A stretch of 64,000 nt of DNA. It comes from an uncultured delta proteobacterium. Lineage in GTDB: Bacteria; Myxococcota_A; Polyangia; Polyangiales; JAFGIB01. The stretch lies in contig CAVZVA010000002.1 of the NCBI GenBank assembly GCA_963778655.1, positions 637,591 through 701,590 of the forward strand, in the 5' to 3' direction. Below the pieces are notes generated by a model. The model saw only the letters and a list, made by a program, of their open reading frames with translations, was not told where the DNA came from and did not search any database. Shown here in pieces: positions 21,092-31,063 of this stretch (position 1 is its first letter; each line of letters starts with the position of its first letter). Both the position numbers and the translations under genes were made by a program.

Positions 21092-22267
21092 TCAGTAGAG
21101 CAGGAACGGCTTGCGCTGCTCGGCGAAGCTGGCCGCGGCCCGGGCGTCCTCGGCGAGCAAGTCGTCGAGGTCGCCGCCCTGCTGCAGCAGCTGGCGGTAC
21201 TCGGGACCGCCGGTGAGCAGGTCGATGGCGGGGCGGTCGGTGACGAACTCGTAGGGCTCGGTGCGGAACGCGAATGCTGGACCGCACAGGGCACGCACCG
21301 CCGCGATCAGGCGCAGGTACGCCTGGTAGGGCGCGAAGCGCTCGGGCTCGGTGACGTGGAGCTGCACGCCGCCGCAGGCCTTGCCCGCGTGCTTGTGAAA
21401 CGCGGGGCTGAAGCGCAGCGGCCGCAGCTGCGCGCCCTCGAGCGGCAGCTTTCGCGCGAGCTCGCCGCCGTCGAGCCATGGCGCCCCGAAGATCTCGAAC
21501 GGCCGCGTGGTGCCGCGACCCTCGGAGAGGTTGGTGCCCTCGAGCAGGCAGCCCCCCGGATAAACCTCCGCGGTATCGAGCGTCGGCATGTTGGGCGAGG
21601 GCAGCACCCAAGGCAGGCCGGTCTCGGCGAAGCGTAGCGCGCGGCTGTACCCGCGCATCGGCACCACGCTCAGAGACTCGGAATCGAGGGCGTCCTGCGC
21701 GCAGGCCAAGCGACACAGCTCCGCGATCGTCATGCCGTGGCGCACCGCGACCGCGTGCAAGCCGACGAAGCTCAGGTAGCCGGGCCGCTGCGGGCCGCCC
21801 TCCACGCGCAGCCCGCCCAGGGGATTGGGACGATCGAGCACGATCGTCTCGATTCCGAGGGGCGCCACGCGCCGCAACACACACACGGCGCTCCATACGA
21901 AGGTGTAGTAGCGGCTGCCGACGTCCTGCAGGTCGACCACAATCGCGTCGAGGCCCTGCAGCTGCTCCGCGCTCGGGTACAGGCTGTCCTCGCTCTGGCC
22001 GTACAGCGAGACCACGCGCGGACCGCGCGCCTCGCGCCCGGACGCGACCGCGATCATGTCCTGCGCTTCGCCGCCGTAGCCGTGCTCGGGTCCGAACAGC
22101 ACGCGCACGTCGCAGCCGGCATCGAGCAGCACCCGGTGCGCGTGGCGCAGCCCGCGATCCACGCTCGCCGGGTGCGCGAGCAGGCCCAGCCGCCGCCCGC
22201 GCAGCCGGCCGAGGACCTCGGCATCGCCCTGCGCGATCCGCTCGAGCCCGGTCTCAACCGCGGGCAT
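21092..22267 (-). CDS. namZ: DUF1343 / NamZ-family exo-beta-N-acetylmuramidase
   Basis: LFGPEHG, DLQDVGSRYYT, LDRPNPLGG, RHGMTIAEL, WVLPSPNMPT, EGTNLSEGRGTTRPFE. Confidence 0.88.
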   Translation of the reverse strand: MPAVETGLERIAQGDAEVLGRLRGRRLGLLAHPASVDRGLRHAHRVLLDAGCDVRVLFGPEHGYGGEAQDMIAVASGREARGPRVVSLYGQSEDSLYPSAEQLQGLDAIVVDLQDVGSRYYTFVWSAVCVLRRVAPLGIETIVLDRPNPLGGLRVEGGPQRPGYLSFVGLHAVAVRHGMTIAELCRLACAQDALDSESLSVVPMRGYSRALRFAETGLPWVLPSPNMPTLDTAEVYPGGCLLEGTNLSEGRGTTRPFEIFGAPWLDGGELARKLPLEGAQLRPLRFSPAFHKHAGKACGGVQLHVTEPERFAPYQAYLRLIAAVRALCGPAFAFRTEPYEFVTDRPAIDLLTGGPEYRQLLQQGGDLDDLLAEDARAAASFAEQRKPFLLY

Positions 22268-22296
22268 GCTAGCTGCCAGCCTTCCGGACCGGATCG

Positions 22297-22387
22297 CAGG
22301 AAGACGCGAAGACGGGAACGACTTGGGGATGATAAAGAGGGATCTGCGTCTGCCCCTCCGATCTTCCCGTCTTCCCGCCTTCCTGTT
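22297..22387. repeat. Dispersed REP/MITE-like inverted repeat, copy A
   Basis: Left arm CAGGAAGACGCGAAGACGGGAA pairs with right arm CTTCCCGTCTTCCCGCCTTCCTG. Intergenic between pyrB and namZ. Confidence 0.8.
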
Positions 22388-22411
22388 TCATGTTCCTCGT
22401 CCGCGCCAGGG

Positions 22412-23377
22412 TCAGCCCGCGCCGCGCGCGGCTTGTACGGCGGTCTTGGCCCCGACTTCCTTGGCGAGCAGGTAGAGCACAGCCATGCGCACGGCCACAC
22501 CGGCCTCGACCTGATCGAGGATCAAGCTGCGCTCGCTGTCGGCGAGCGCGGAGTGGATCTCCACCCCGCGGTTCATCGGCCCGGGGTGCATCACGATCGC
22601 GCGCGGGCCGGCGAGCGCGAGGTGCCGTTGCGACACCCCGTAATAGCGGCTGTACTCGCGCAGGCTGGGCAGGAATGGGCCCTCCAGCCGCTCGCGCTGG
22701 ATGCGCAGCAGCATGATCACGTCGACGCCGCGCAGCGCATCCTCGAGGCGATGGAACACCTTGGCCCCCAGCGCGGCGGCTTGCGCGGGCATCAGGGTAT
22801 GGGGCGCGCAGAAGCGCACCTCCGACCCGAACAGGTTCAGCAGCGTGGCGTTGGAGCGCGCCACGCGCGAGTGCGCGATGTCGCCGCAGATCGCCACCTT
22901 CAGACCCTTGAGCGTGCCGAATGCGCGCCGGATCGCGAAGGCGTCGAGCAGCGCCTGGGTCGGATGCTCGTGCGCGCCATCACCGCCGTTGACCACGCTG
23001 CAGCCGACTCGCTTGGCCACGAATTCGGGCGCGCCCGAGGCGGGGTGGCGGATGACGACGATGTCGGGCTGCATGGCGGCCACCGTCTTGCAGGTGTCCA
23101 ACAACGACTCGCCCTTGGAGACGCTGGAGCCGGAGCTCGAGATATTGACCACGTCGGCGGACAGGCGCTTGCCGGCCAGCTCGAACGAGGTGCGGGTGCG
23201 GGTGGAGGCCTCGAAGAACAGGTTGATCACGGTCTTGCCGCGCAGCGTGGGCACCTTGCGCACCGGCCGGCGCGACACTTCGATGAAGGCCTCGGCCGCA
23301 TCCAGCACCTGACCGACGTCCTCGGCATCGAGCTGAGAGATCGCGAGCAGGTGATCGTGGCGGAAGCCTTCGCTCAC
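22412..23377 (-). CDS. pyrB: Aspartate carbamoyltransferase catalytic subunit
   Basis: [52 protein letters not shown]. Confidence 0.97.
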   Translation of the reverse strand: MSEGFRHDHLLAISQLDAEDVGQVLDAAEAFIEVSRRPVRKVPTLRGKTVINLFFEASTRTRTSFELAGKRLSADVVNISSSGSSVSKGESLLDTCKTVAAMQPDIVVIRHPASGAPEFVAKRVGCSVVNGGDGAHEHPTQALLDAFAIRRAFGTLKGLKVAICGDIAHSRVARSNATLLNLFGSEVRFCAPHTLMPAQAAALGAKVFHRLEDALRGVDVIMLLRIQRERLEGPFLPSLREYSRYYGVSQRHLALAGPRAIVMHPGPMNRGVEIHSALADSERSLILDQVEAGVAVRMAVLYLLAKEVGAKTAVQAARGAG

Positions 23378-23937
23378 GACCCGGCCCCTTCCGCCGTGCT
23401 CGGCTCGCGCCGGATCAGCGCCCGGTCGTCGGGGCCGCCGTCGGCGCGCACGTCGAGCACGTAGCCCTCCTCGACCTCGAGCACGCGACCCACGAAGTCG
23501 GGCGCGATCGGCAGCTCGCGTCCGCTGCGGTCACACAGCACCGCGAGCCAGATGCGGCGCGGCCGGCCGTAGTCGAGCAGGCAGTCGATCGCGGCGCGTA
23601 CCGTGCGACCTGTGTGCAGCACGTCGTCGACCAGCACCACGTCCCAGCCGCCGACCTGGAAGTCGATCTCGCTCGGGCCGATCTTGGGGTCGGGGGTCAG
23701 GCTGGCGGCGTCGTCGCGGTAGAGCGTGATGTCGATCGCGCCCACCGGCACCGTGCGCTGCTCGGCGGCCTTGATCTCCGCGGCGATGCGCGCGGCGATC
23801 GGCACGCCGCCCCGGCGCACGCCAACCAGGCCGAGGCGGTGGGTTCCGCGCGTGCGTTCCACGATCTCGAGCGCCACACGGCGGATCGAGCGCGCGATGG
23901 CCTCCGCGTCCAGAACCGTGTGCTCGTCGGCCGCCAC
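23374..23937 (-). CDS. pyrR: PyrR-family protein / uracil phosphoribosyltransferase
   Basis: [13 protein letters not shown] motif [18 protein letters not shown]. Overlaps the pyrB start. Confidence 0.93.
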   Translation of the reverse strand: MAADEHTVLDAEAIARSIRRVALEIVERTRGTHRLGLVGVRRGGVPIAARIAAEIKAAEQRTVPVGAIDITLYRDDAASLTPDPKIGPSEIDFQVGGWDVVLVDDVLHTGRTVRAAIDCLLDYGRPRRIWLAVLCDRSGRELPIAPDFVGRVLEVEEGYVLDVRADGGPDDRALIRREPSTAEGAGS

Positions 23938-23944
23938 CGCAGGC

Positions 23945-23974
23945 GATCTACGCCCGCCCGCTCGGGGCGGTCAA
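23945..23974 (-). promoter_or_regulatory. Putative sigma70-type promoter for pyrR-pyrB (likely leaderless)
   Basis: Minus strand TTGACC-N18-TAGATC, with the GTG start only 7 nt downstream and no RBS. Confidence 0.55.
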
Positions 23975-24007
23975 GCAACTCGGATCGCCCGGGACCCTCC
24001 GAATTCG

Positions 24008-24074
24008 CAGGCAGACGGGAAGGCGAGCAGCACCGATCTATTTCGCTCTCTTCCCCTCTTCCCGGCTTCCTGTT
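24008..24074. repeat. Dispersed inverted repeat, copy B
   Basis: CAGGCAGACGGGAAG ... CTTCCCCTCTTCCCGGCTTCCTGTT between ccmE and pyrR. Confidence 0.75.
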
Positions 24075-24110
24075 GACTCGCGGAAGGGGCGCGCGCCTCG
24101 GGACGGGGGC

Positions 24111-24641
24111 TCAGCGGCCGGCGCGGGTGAGCGTCATGTTCGCCGGGTGCGGCATCTTCTTGCCCTTCTCCCGCATCTTGTCCATGTCGTATTTCGACGG
24201 ACAGCGTGGGATGAGCTGATCGGCCAAGAAGAAGCCGTCGCCGGTCAGCCGGCCCTGCACGGTGACCTTCAACCCAACGCCGTCCTTGAAGGTGTCCGGC
24301 ACGATGCACTGCGGAAAGCGCACCGGCATCTCCTTGCCCTTGCTCCCGATCACGAAGCGCCACTCGCAAGGGCTCTCCTTGAACTTGATCGAGCCCTGCT
24401 TGAGATCACCTTCGACGCGCACGGTGCGGTGCTGGTAGCTCGCCGGGTCGCGCATCACCTCGTCGACCAGCTTCGAGTACACGAACGCGTCCTGGGCCGT
24501 GGTGCTGAACCAGAGCAGCGCGAGCGCGCCGCCCAGCATCGTGAACACGATGCCGACCTTGACCAAAGGCGAAAGGCCGCCCTGGGGCCGCCGCTCGCCG
24601 TCGCTGACCTCCACCGGCTGGAGGTGTTCCTCGCGCTCCAT
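24111..24641 (-). CDS. ccmE: Cytochrome c maturation heme chaperone CcmE (CxxxY variant)
   Basis: N-terminal TM anchor, VRVEGDLKQGSI, VPDTFKDG, VTVQG, FLADQLIPRCPSKY. ATG at 24641 chosen. Confidence 0.85.
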   Translation of the reverse strand: MEREEHLQPVEVSDGERRPQGGLSPLVKVGIVFTMLGGALALLWFSTTAQDAFVYSKLVDEVMRDPASYQHRTVRVEGDLKQGSIKFKESPCEWRFVIGSKGKEMPVRFPQCIVPDTFKDGVGLKVTVQGRLTGDGFFLADQLIPRCPSKYDMDKMREKGKKMPHPANMTLTRAGR

Positions 24642-24731
24642 CTGCAACCCTCGTCTTCCTGACCACCCGCCGGGAGATCGCGTTCCGCGGTCAGTATGGC
24701 GGAGCCGGGCGGCCGCGGCCACCGCTGGACG

Positions 24732-25109
24732 TCACGAGCCGTCCCCTTCTCCCTCTTGGGGCCCGGGGGGCGGCCAGGAAATCCGGAATTCCCCGGAAGG
24801 AGAACGCACTTGTCCGACGTAGTGCTCGTACGCGTCCGCGCCGCGCTCGAAGCTCAGGATGCGCAGCCCGATGCCGCCTCGGCCCTGGTCTACGCTGGGC
24901 CGCGCCCAGCACACTTCGACCTGGGCCACGGTGTCGAGCTCCTCGATCGTCACGCGCAGCCGGCCCTTGGCCGGCGGCGGGCTCGAAGTCCGCACGAACA
25001 GGCCCGTCTTGCTCACGTTGAGGGTCTCCGCCAGCAGGGTGAGATCGTCGCCTTCACACCAGATCTGGAGTCGGGCGGGGACTCGCTTGGAACGTCGGCG
25101 TTCGGGCAT
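24732..25109 (-). CDS. Single PilZ-domain protein (putative c-di-GMP receptor)
   Basis: RxxxR (RRSKR) and NxSxxG (NVSKTG) motifs, then a beta-barrel with W and GIGLR. Confidence 0.85.
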   Translation of the reverse strand: MPERRRSKRVPARLQIWCEGDDLTLLAETLNVSKTGLFVRTSSPPPAKGRLRVTIEELDTVAQVEVCWARPSVDQGRGGIGLRILSFERGADAYEHYVGQVRSPSGEFRISWPPPGPQEGEGDGS

Positions 25110-25239
25110 GGAGCGACGCTGGCCCCCCCCAAGGGGTGAGTAGCCGCAAGGCTACCATGGCGCGGGCCCTGGCCAAACAAAGCCAAGTCCCGGCCACCCA
25201 ACGAGGCGCCGTATCCCGCTCGCGCCTGAAACCGCACGC

Positions 25240-25566
25240 CTACCCAGGCATCTTGTTCAGTAGCAGGATCGCGATGACCAGCGCGTAAATGCACAGCGAC
25301 TCGATCAGCGCGAGCACCAGAATCATGGGCGTGAACAGCTTGTCGGACGCGTTCGGGTTGCGGGCGATGCCGTCCAGCGCCGCAGCACCGGCACGCCCCT
25401 GGCCCACGCCGCAACCGGCCGCCGCGATGCCGATCGCCAGGCCTGCGCCGAGCGCGGCCGCCATGCCCACGTCCTGCTCGTTCGACGCCGCGCTCTGAGC
25501 CATCGCGGTCGAGGCCAGCAGCAGCGTCCCGCACAAGGACTGGAAAGAAAGCCACATCTTCTTCAT
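25240..25566 (-). CDS. atpE: ATP synthase F0 subunit c with signal-peptide-like N-terminal extension
   Basis: GxGxG-rich helix, GIARNP loop, LALIESLCIY. ATG at 25566 (MKKMW) follows GAAGGAG. Confidence 0.95.
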   Translation of the reverse strand: MKKMWLSFQSLCGTLLLASTAMAQSAASNEQDVGMAAALGAGLAIGIAAAGCGVGQGRAGAAALDGIARNPNASDKLFTPMILVLALIESLCIYALVIAILLLNKMPG

Positions 25567-25716
25567 CGGAGTCTCCTTCAACCCGCTGTTGGGGGCATGT
25601 CGTTCGGGCCTCCGCCCGACGAAGTTCTTGGTTTAGTTTAGAGGCCTCGAGGCCGGCCGACCTGGAGCGAAGCGACCTCGCCGGAGGGTGGGGCCCCGAC
25701 GGCTCTGCCGGCGGGG

Positions 25717-25740
25717 CGGGAGGGGCGCGTGCCCCTCCCG
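25717..25740. other. Perfect 10-bp stem-loop in the atpB-atpE spacer
   Basis: CGGGAGGGGC-gcgt-GCCCCTCCCG. Confidence 0.6.
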
Positions 25741-25813
25741 GTCACAAAGGCTAGCGAGGCCCAGTCTTGTCGTGTTGCAACCAGCATGTTTCGTGAATCC
25801 GAGAGTGGCCCCG

Positions 25814-26620
25814 CTAGTGCTGCTCGGGATGCTCGATCGCCATGGCGATGTAGACCGTGGACAGCATGCAGAAGACCAGCGTCTGCACGATCACGACGAT
25901 GGTGCCCAGCAGATACATGGGCAGCGGCACCGGTATGAAGAACAGCGCCGCCGGCAGCAGGCCGCAGAAGATCGACAGCACCAGGTGGTCGGCGGTCATG
26001 TTGGCCATCAGACGAATCGCCAGCGAGAGCGGCCGCACGATGTGGCTGATGGTCTCGATCACGAACATCAGCAGCATCAGCGGCAGCGCCCAGATACTGA
26101 TGATGGGGCCGAAGAAGTGCCTGATGTGGTGCCAACCGTTGACCTTGAGGCCGTAAATGTGGGTGGTGACGAAGATCACCGAGCTGCAGGCCAGAGTGGT
26201 GTTGAAGTTGTCGGTGGCGGGGGCGAAGCCCGGGATCAGACCGATCGCGTTGGAGATCAAGATGAAGAAGGCACAGGTGCCGATCAGCGGCAAGAAGTGC
26301 CGGGCGGCCTTGGCGCCCATCATGTCCGACATCATGCCGTAGGAGGTCTCGACCAGCAGCTCGACGAAGTTGCGAATGGTGAGCCGCCCGGGCGGCAGCA
26401 GGTTGGCGCCCGCCGAACGAATGCTGGTGTCGGTGACCACGGCGCACAGCGCGATCAACGAGAGCGTGAGCAGCGCGCCGTAGACGTGCTGGACGCCGGG
26501 TTGCTGGTGCGCGTACCAGGTCAGCCCGTCGTCGCGGAAGTGCTTGCCGAAATCCCGCAGCGCGGCCAGCAGCCGAGCGTGGAAGGGAAACAGACTGAAC
26601 CAGGTCTCTCCGTGCGGCAT
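25814..26620 (-). CDS. atpB: ATP synthase F0 subunit a
   Basis: SNAIGLIPG, IETISHIVRPLSLAIRLMANM, QTLVFCMLSTVYI. Start at MPHGE (ATG 26620). Confidence 0.96.
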   Translation of the reverse strand: MPHGETWFSLFPFHARLLAALRDFGKHFRDDGLTWYAHQQPGVQHVYGALLTLSLIALCAVVTDTSIRSAGANLLPPGRLTIRNFVELLVETSYGMMSDMMGAKAARHFLPLIGTCAFFILISNAIGLIPGFAPATDNFNTTLACSSVIFVTTHIYGLKVNGWHHIRHFFGPIISIWALPLMLLMFVIETISHIVRPLSLAIRLMANMTADHLVLSIFCGLLPAALFFIPVPLPMYLLGTIVVIVQTLVFCMLSTVYIAMAIEHPEQH

Positions 26621-26622
26621 GG

Positions 26623-27003
26623 TCAGCTCTCGCTCGCGGCCGGGGGCGGCGCCAACACGTGCACGAACGACCCGAGCAGGCTGCCCAGAACCAACGCGCT
26701 GAGACCAGCCGTGAAGGCCACGGGCTGGACCAGGCGCAGGTGGATCAACAAGAAGACCACGCCCATCAGCGCGCCCATCTTGACGCTCAGCAGCACGCTG
26801 AAGACGGCCTTGCGCCGCAGGCTGCCGCTGATCACGCGCGCCACGATGTAGCGCAGCGAGTACCAGTTGAGCAGCGCGACCAGCACGCCGATCGCCGAGC
26901 TCTGGGCGGGGGCACGTCCGTAGAGCGCGTAGATCACCGCGGTCATGGCCACGCCGAGGCCGAGGATGAACCACGTCAGACGCAGGGCGGCGGATTTACT
27001 CAT
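26623..27003 (-). CDS. atpI: ATP synthase subunit I (4-TM)
   Basis: Four hydrophobic helices with an LLN and a K in the third helix. Directly upstream of atpB. Confidence 0.78.
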   Translation of the reverse strand: MSKSAALRLTWFILGLGVAMTAVIYALYGRAPAQSSAIGVLVALLNWYSLRYIVARVISGSLRRKAVFSVLLSVKMGALMGVVFLLIHLRLVQPVAFTAGLSALVLGSLLGSFVHVLAPPPAASES

Positions 27004-27274
27004 GGTCGCGCGAGGAGTCTTGCGTTCGCTTGCGTGCGGTTTGGTAAATGCTGCGGAACCCCGCGATCACGCCGAGGATCAAGCCAAGTAAGGTGAGGAA
27101 GGGGCGTGTCGAAAGCTTTTCATCCAGCCACCGGCCGCCGAGCAGCCCGGCGACGACCGAGAGTGCCAGCTCGATGCCGAGCGCCCCGACACGCGCAAAC
27201 ACCTTGAGCTGCTTGCCGCTATTGGGACCTAGCACCTGTGCGCCCACCTCCCGGGTCGAAAGCGCGGCGCCCAT
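26996..27274 (-). CDS. atpZ: AtpZ/AtpI-family small membrane protein
   Basis: GIELALSVVAGLLGGRWLDEKL..P..LGVIAGF pattern. True start is probably a downstream GTG. Confidence 0.85.
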   Translation of the reverse strand: MGAALSTREVGAQVLGPNSGKQLKVFARVGALGIELALSVVAGLLGGRWLDEKLSTRPFLTLLGLILGVIAGFRSIYQTARKRTQDSSRDHE

Positions 27275-27300
27275 TTAGCACGCACCCTTGGTAGGGTCAA
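27272..27300 (-). promoter_or_regulatory. Putative sigma70-type promoter of the atpZIBE operon
   Basis: Minus strand TTGACC-N17-TAAATG, preceded by TGc (extended -10). Confidence 0.5.
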
Positions 27301-27395
27301 GCCGTGAAACCAGCAAGCGCGAGCCGACAAACGCGCGCTGTTTCAACTAGTTAGCTCTCATCCGGAAATGCAGCGACCCTGGGGCCGAGAGATCC

Positions 27396-27418
27396 ACAGG
27401 AAGGCGGGAACCCGGGAG
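27396..27418. repeat. Dispersed repeat, single-arm copy C
   Basis: ACAGGAAGGCGGGAACCCGGGAG just downstream of the hemL stop. Confidence 0.55.
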
Positions 27419-27443
27419 GCCCGTCGGCGCCGCCGGCGAGGGC

Positions 27444-28733
27444 TCAACCGGCGACTTGGCGGAAGCTGGTGCGGGCGGCGTCGCGCGTGCGCGAGAGCAC
27501 CTGATCGCCGTGCGCGGCCGACACGAAGCCGGCTTCGAACTGCGAGGGCGGCCAGTACACCCCTTGGTCGAGCATGGCGCGGTGCCAGCGGGCAAAGCGC
27601 GCGGTGTCAGAACGGGCGGCCTCGCCGAAGTTGCGGACCGCGCCCTCGCGAAAGTACGGGGTGAGCATCGAGCCCACGCGCTGCACGCGCAGCGGCACGC
27701 CGGCCTCGCGCGCCGCTTCGGCCAGGATCGCCTCCAGCTCCGCGCCGGCGCGCTCCAACCCGGCGTGGAACCCGGGCTGCGCGACCAGCGCGAGCGTGGC
27801 GCGGCCGGCGGCCATCGCCAGCGGATTGCCGCTGAGCGTGCCCGCCTGGTAGACCGGCCCGAGCGGCGCGACCCGCTGCATGATGTCGCGGCGCCCGCCG
27901 TACACCCCGACCGGCAGCCCGCCGCCCACGACCTTGCCCAGCGTAGTCAGGTCCGGGCGGACGCCGTAGAGCTGCTGGGCGCCGCCGGGCGCGAGCCGGA
28001 AGCCGGTCATGACTTCGTCGAAGACCAGCAGCGCGCCGCAGGCCGCGGTCAGCTCGCGCAGCCCTTGCAGAAACCCGGGCTCAGGCGGCACGCAGCCCAT
28101 GTTGCCGACCACCGGCTCGACGATCACCGCGGCGATCTCCGAGCCGCGCTGGGCCAGCAGGTCGCGGGCGGCCGGCAGATCGTTGAAGGGCAGCACCAGC
28201 GTGGTGCCGGCGATCGCGGCGGGCACGCCCGCGCTGTCGGGCTCGCCGAAGGTGGCAAGACCGCTGCCGCCCTTGACCAGCAGGTAGTCGGCGCCGCCGT
28301 GGTAGCAACCCTCGAACTTGAGCACCAAATCGCGCCCGGTGAAGCCGCGCGCGGCGCGCAGCGCGCCCATCACCGCCTCGGTGCCGCTGGAGGTGACGCG
28401 CAGCATCTCGAGCGACGGCATCGCCTGCTGAATCGCCTCGGCCAGCAGCACCTCGGCCTCGGTCGGCGCGCCATAGCTGGTGCCGAGCGCGGCCGCCTGC
28501 TGCACTGCCGATACCACCTCGGGGTGGCTGTGCCCGGCGATCATCGGGCCCCACGAGCCCAGATAGTCGACGTAGGCGCGCTCATCGACCGAGATCAGCT
28601 CCGCCCCACGGGCCGCCTTGATGAAGATCGGCTGGCCCCCGACAGCGCGAAAGGCGCGCACGGGCGAGTTGACCCCGCCCGGCAGGATGCGACTGGCGCG
28701 CTCGAACAGGCGCTGGGAGATGGGATCGCTCAT
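27444..28733 (-). CDS. hemL: Glutamate-1-semialdehyde 2,1-aminomutase
   Basis: PGGVNSPVRAF, SWGP, SGTEA, FEGCYHG, FDEVMTGFR, LGKVVGGGLPVG, YQAGTLSGNP, PPSQFE. Confidence 0.97.
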   Translation of the reverse strand: MSDPISQRLFERASRILPGGVNSPVRAFRAVGGQPIFIKAARGAELISVDERAYVDYLGSWGPMIAGHSHPEVVSAVQQAAALGTSYGAPTEAEVLLAEAIQQAMPSLEMLRVTSSGTEAVMGALRAARGFTGRDLVLKFEGCYHGGADYLLVKGGSGLATFGEPDSAGVPAAIAGTTLVLPFNDLPAARDLLAQRGSEIAAVIVEPVVGNMGCVPPEPGFLQGLRELTAACGALLVFDEVMTGFRLAPGGAQQLYGVRPDLTTLGKVVGGGLPVGVYGGRRDIMQRVAPLGPVYQAGTLSGNPLAMAAGRATLALVAQPGFHAGLERAGAELEAILAEAAREAGVPLRVQRVGSMLTPYFREGAVRNFGEAARSDTARFARWHRAMLDQGVYWPPSQFEAGFVSAAHGDQVLSRTRDAARTSFRQVAG

Positions 28734-28957
28734 CGCCGGCCAGCGTGCAGGCAAGCACGACCAGCCGCAAGTCGGCGTGCAGCGGCGCGCGCGCTGAACC
28801 GGCGTTCACGAAGCGGCCTGAAATAAGGCGGGGGCCCGCCGTGTTGCCACCCGTCGTAGGGGCGTGCTAACGCCGCCGCGGACTGCGGTCCCGGGCGCGC
28901 CCCGCGGAAGCCGGCCGCCAGACCGCAGCAGCCCACAAAGAGGACCGCGAGGAACGC

Positions 28958-29983
<1,026 letters not shown>

Positions 29984-30178
29984 AGCGACGAGACGAGCGG
30001 TGGAAGCGCAGTCGAGCGACAAGATGATGATCGCGGCGTACCAAACGAGCAACCGAGGGGTGAATCGCGGCTCCGCCGCAAGAGGAGAGCAGAGCTCGCG
30101 CTCCGCGTGGGGTGGGGGCTGCGCGGATTCACTCCGCGGGGGCGGGGCCGCAAGGCCGGCGTGCCGCATATTTGAACC

Positions 30179-31063
30179 ATGATCCCGCGCGAGATCGTCA
30201 AGAAGCTGCGCAAGATCGAGATCCATACTGCGCGGCTCGCCAACGACCAGCTCGTCGGCAGCTATCACTCGGTGTTCAAAGGCCGCGGCATGGCCTTCAG
30301 CGAGGTACGCCAGTACCAGCCGGGCGACGACGTGCGCTTCATCGACTGGAACGTCAGCGCGCGCATGAACGACACCTACGTCAAGGTGTTCACCGAAGAG
30401 CGCGAGATGACGGTGATGCTGCTGATCGACCTCTCGCGTAGCCAGTGCTTCGGCTCGGTCGCCCAGCCCAAGACCGAGACCGTGGCGGAGGTCGCGGCGC
30501 TGCTCGCCTTCAGTGCGATCAAGAACAACGATCGCGTAGGGCTGATCTTGTTCACCGACCGGGTCGAGCGTTTCGTGCCGCCCAAGAAGGGCGCCGGGCA
30601 CGTGATGCGGGTGGTGACCGAGATCCTGAGCGCGAAGCCGGAGCACCCGGGCACCGACATCCGCTGCGCGCTCGACCTGCTCGGCCACGTCAACAAGCGC
30701 AAGAGCGTGGTGTTCCTGATCAGCGACTTCATCGCCCAGGGCCATGAGCACGCGCTGCGCTTGAGCTCCAAGCGCCACGACCTGATCCCGATCCAGGTGG
30801 TCGACCGGCGCGAGGAGGAGCTACCCGACCTGGGGCTGGTGCTGATGGAAGATCTCGAGAGCGGCGAGCTGTTCGAAATCGACACCAGCCGCGCGAGCGC
30901 GCGAGAGGCCTACGCCACGAGCGTGGCGAAGCAGAAGGCAGCGCGCGAGCAGCTGTGGAAGCGCCTCAGCCTCGACCACCTGACGATCTACACCGATCGA
31001 TCGTACGTGCGACCGATCGCCGACCTGTTCCGGCTGCGCCAGAAGCGCGAGAGGCATGGGTGA
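30179..31063 (+). CDS. DUF58 domain protein
   Basis: GSYHSVFKGRGMAFSEVRQYQPGDDVRFIDWNVSAR, FLISDF. Confidence 0.94.
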   Translation: MIPREIVKKLRKIEIHTARLANDQLVGSYHSVFKGRGMAFSEVRQYQPGDDVRFIDWNVSARMNDTYVKVFTEEREMTVMLLIDLSRSQCFGSVAQPKTETVAEVAALLAFSAIKNNDRVGLILFTDRVERFVPPKKGAGHVMRVVTEILSAKPEHPGTDIRCALDLLGHVNKRKSVVFLISDFIAQGHEHALRLSSKRHDLIPIQVVDRREEELPDLGLVLMEDLESGELFEIDTSRASAREAYATSVAKQKAAREQLWKRLSLDHLTIYTDRSYVRPIADLFRLRQKRERHG

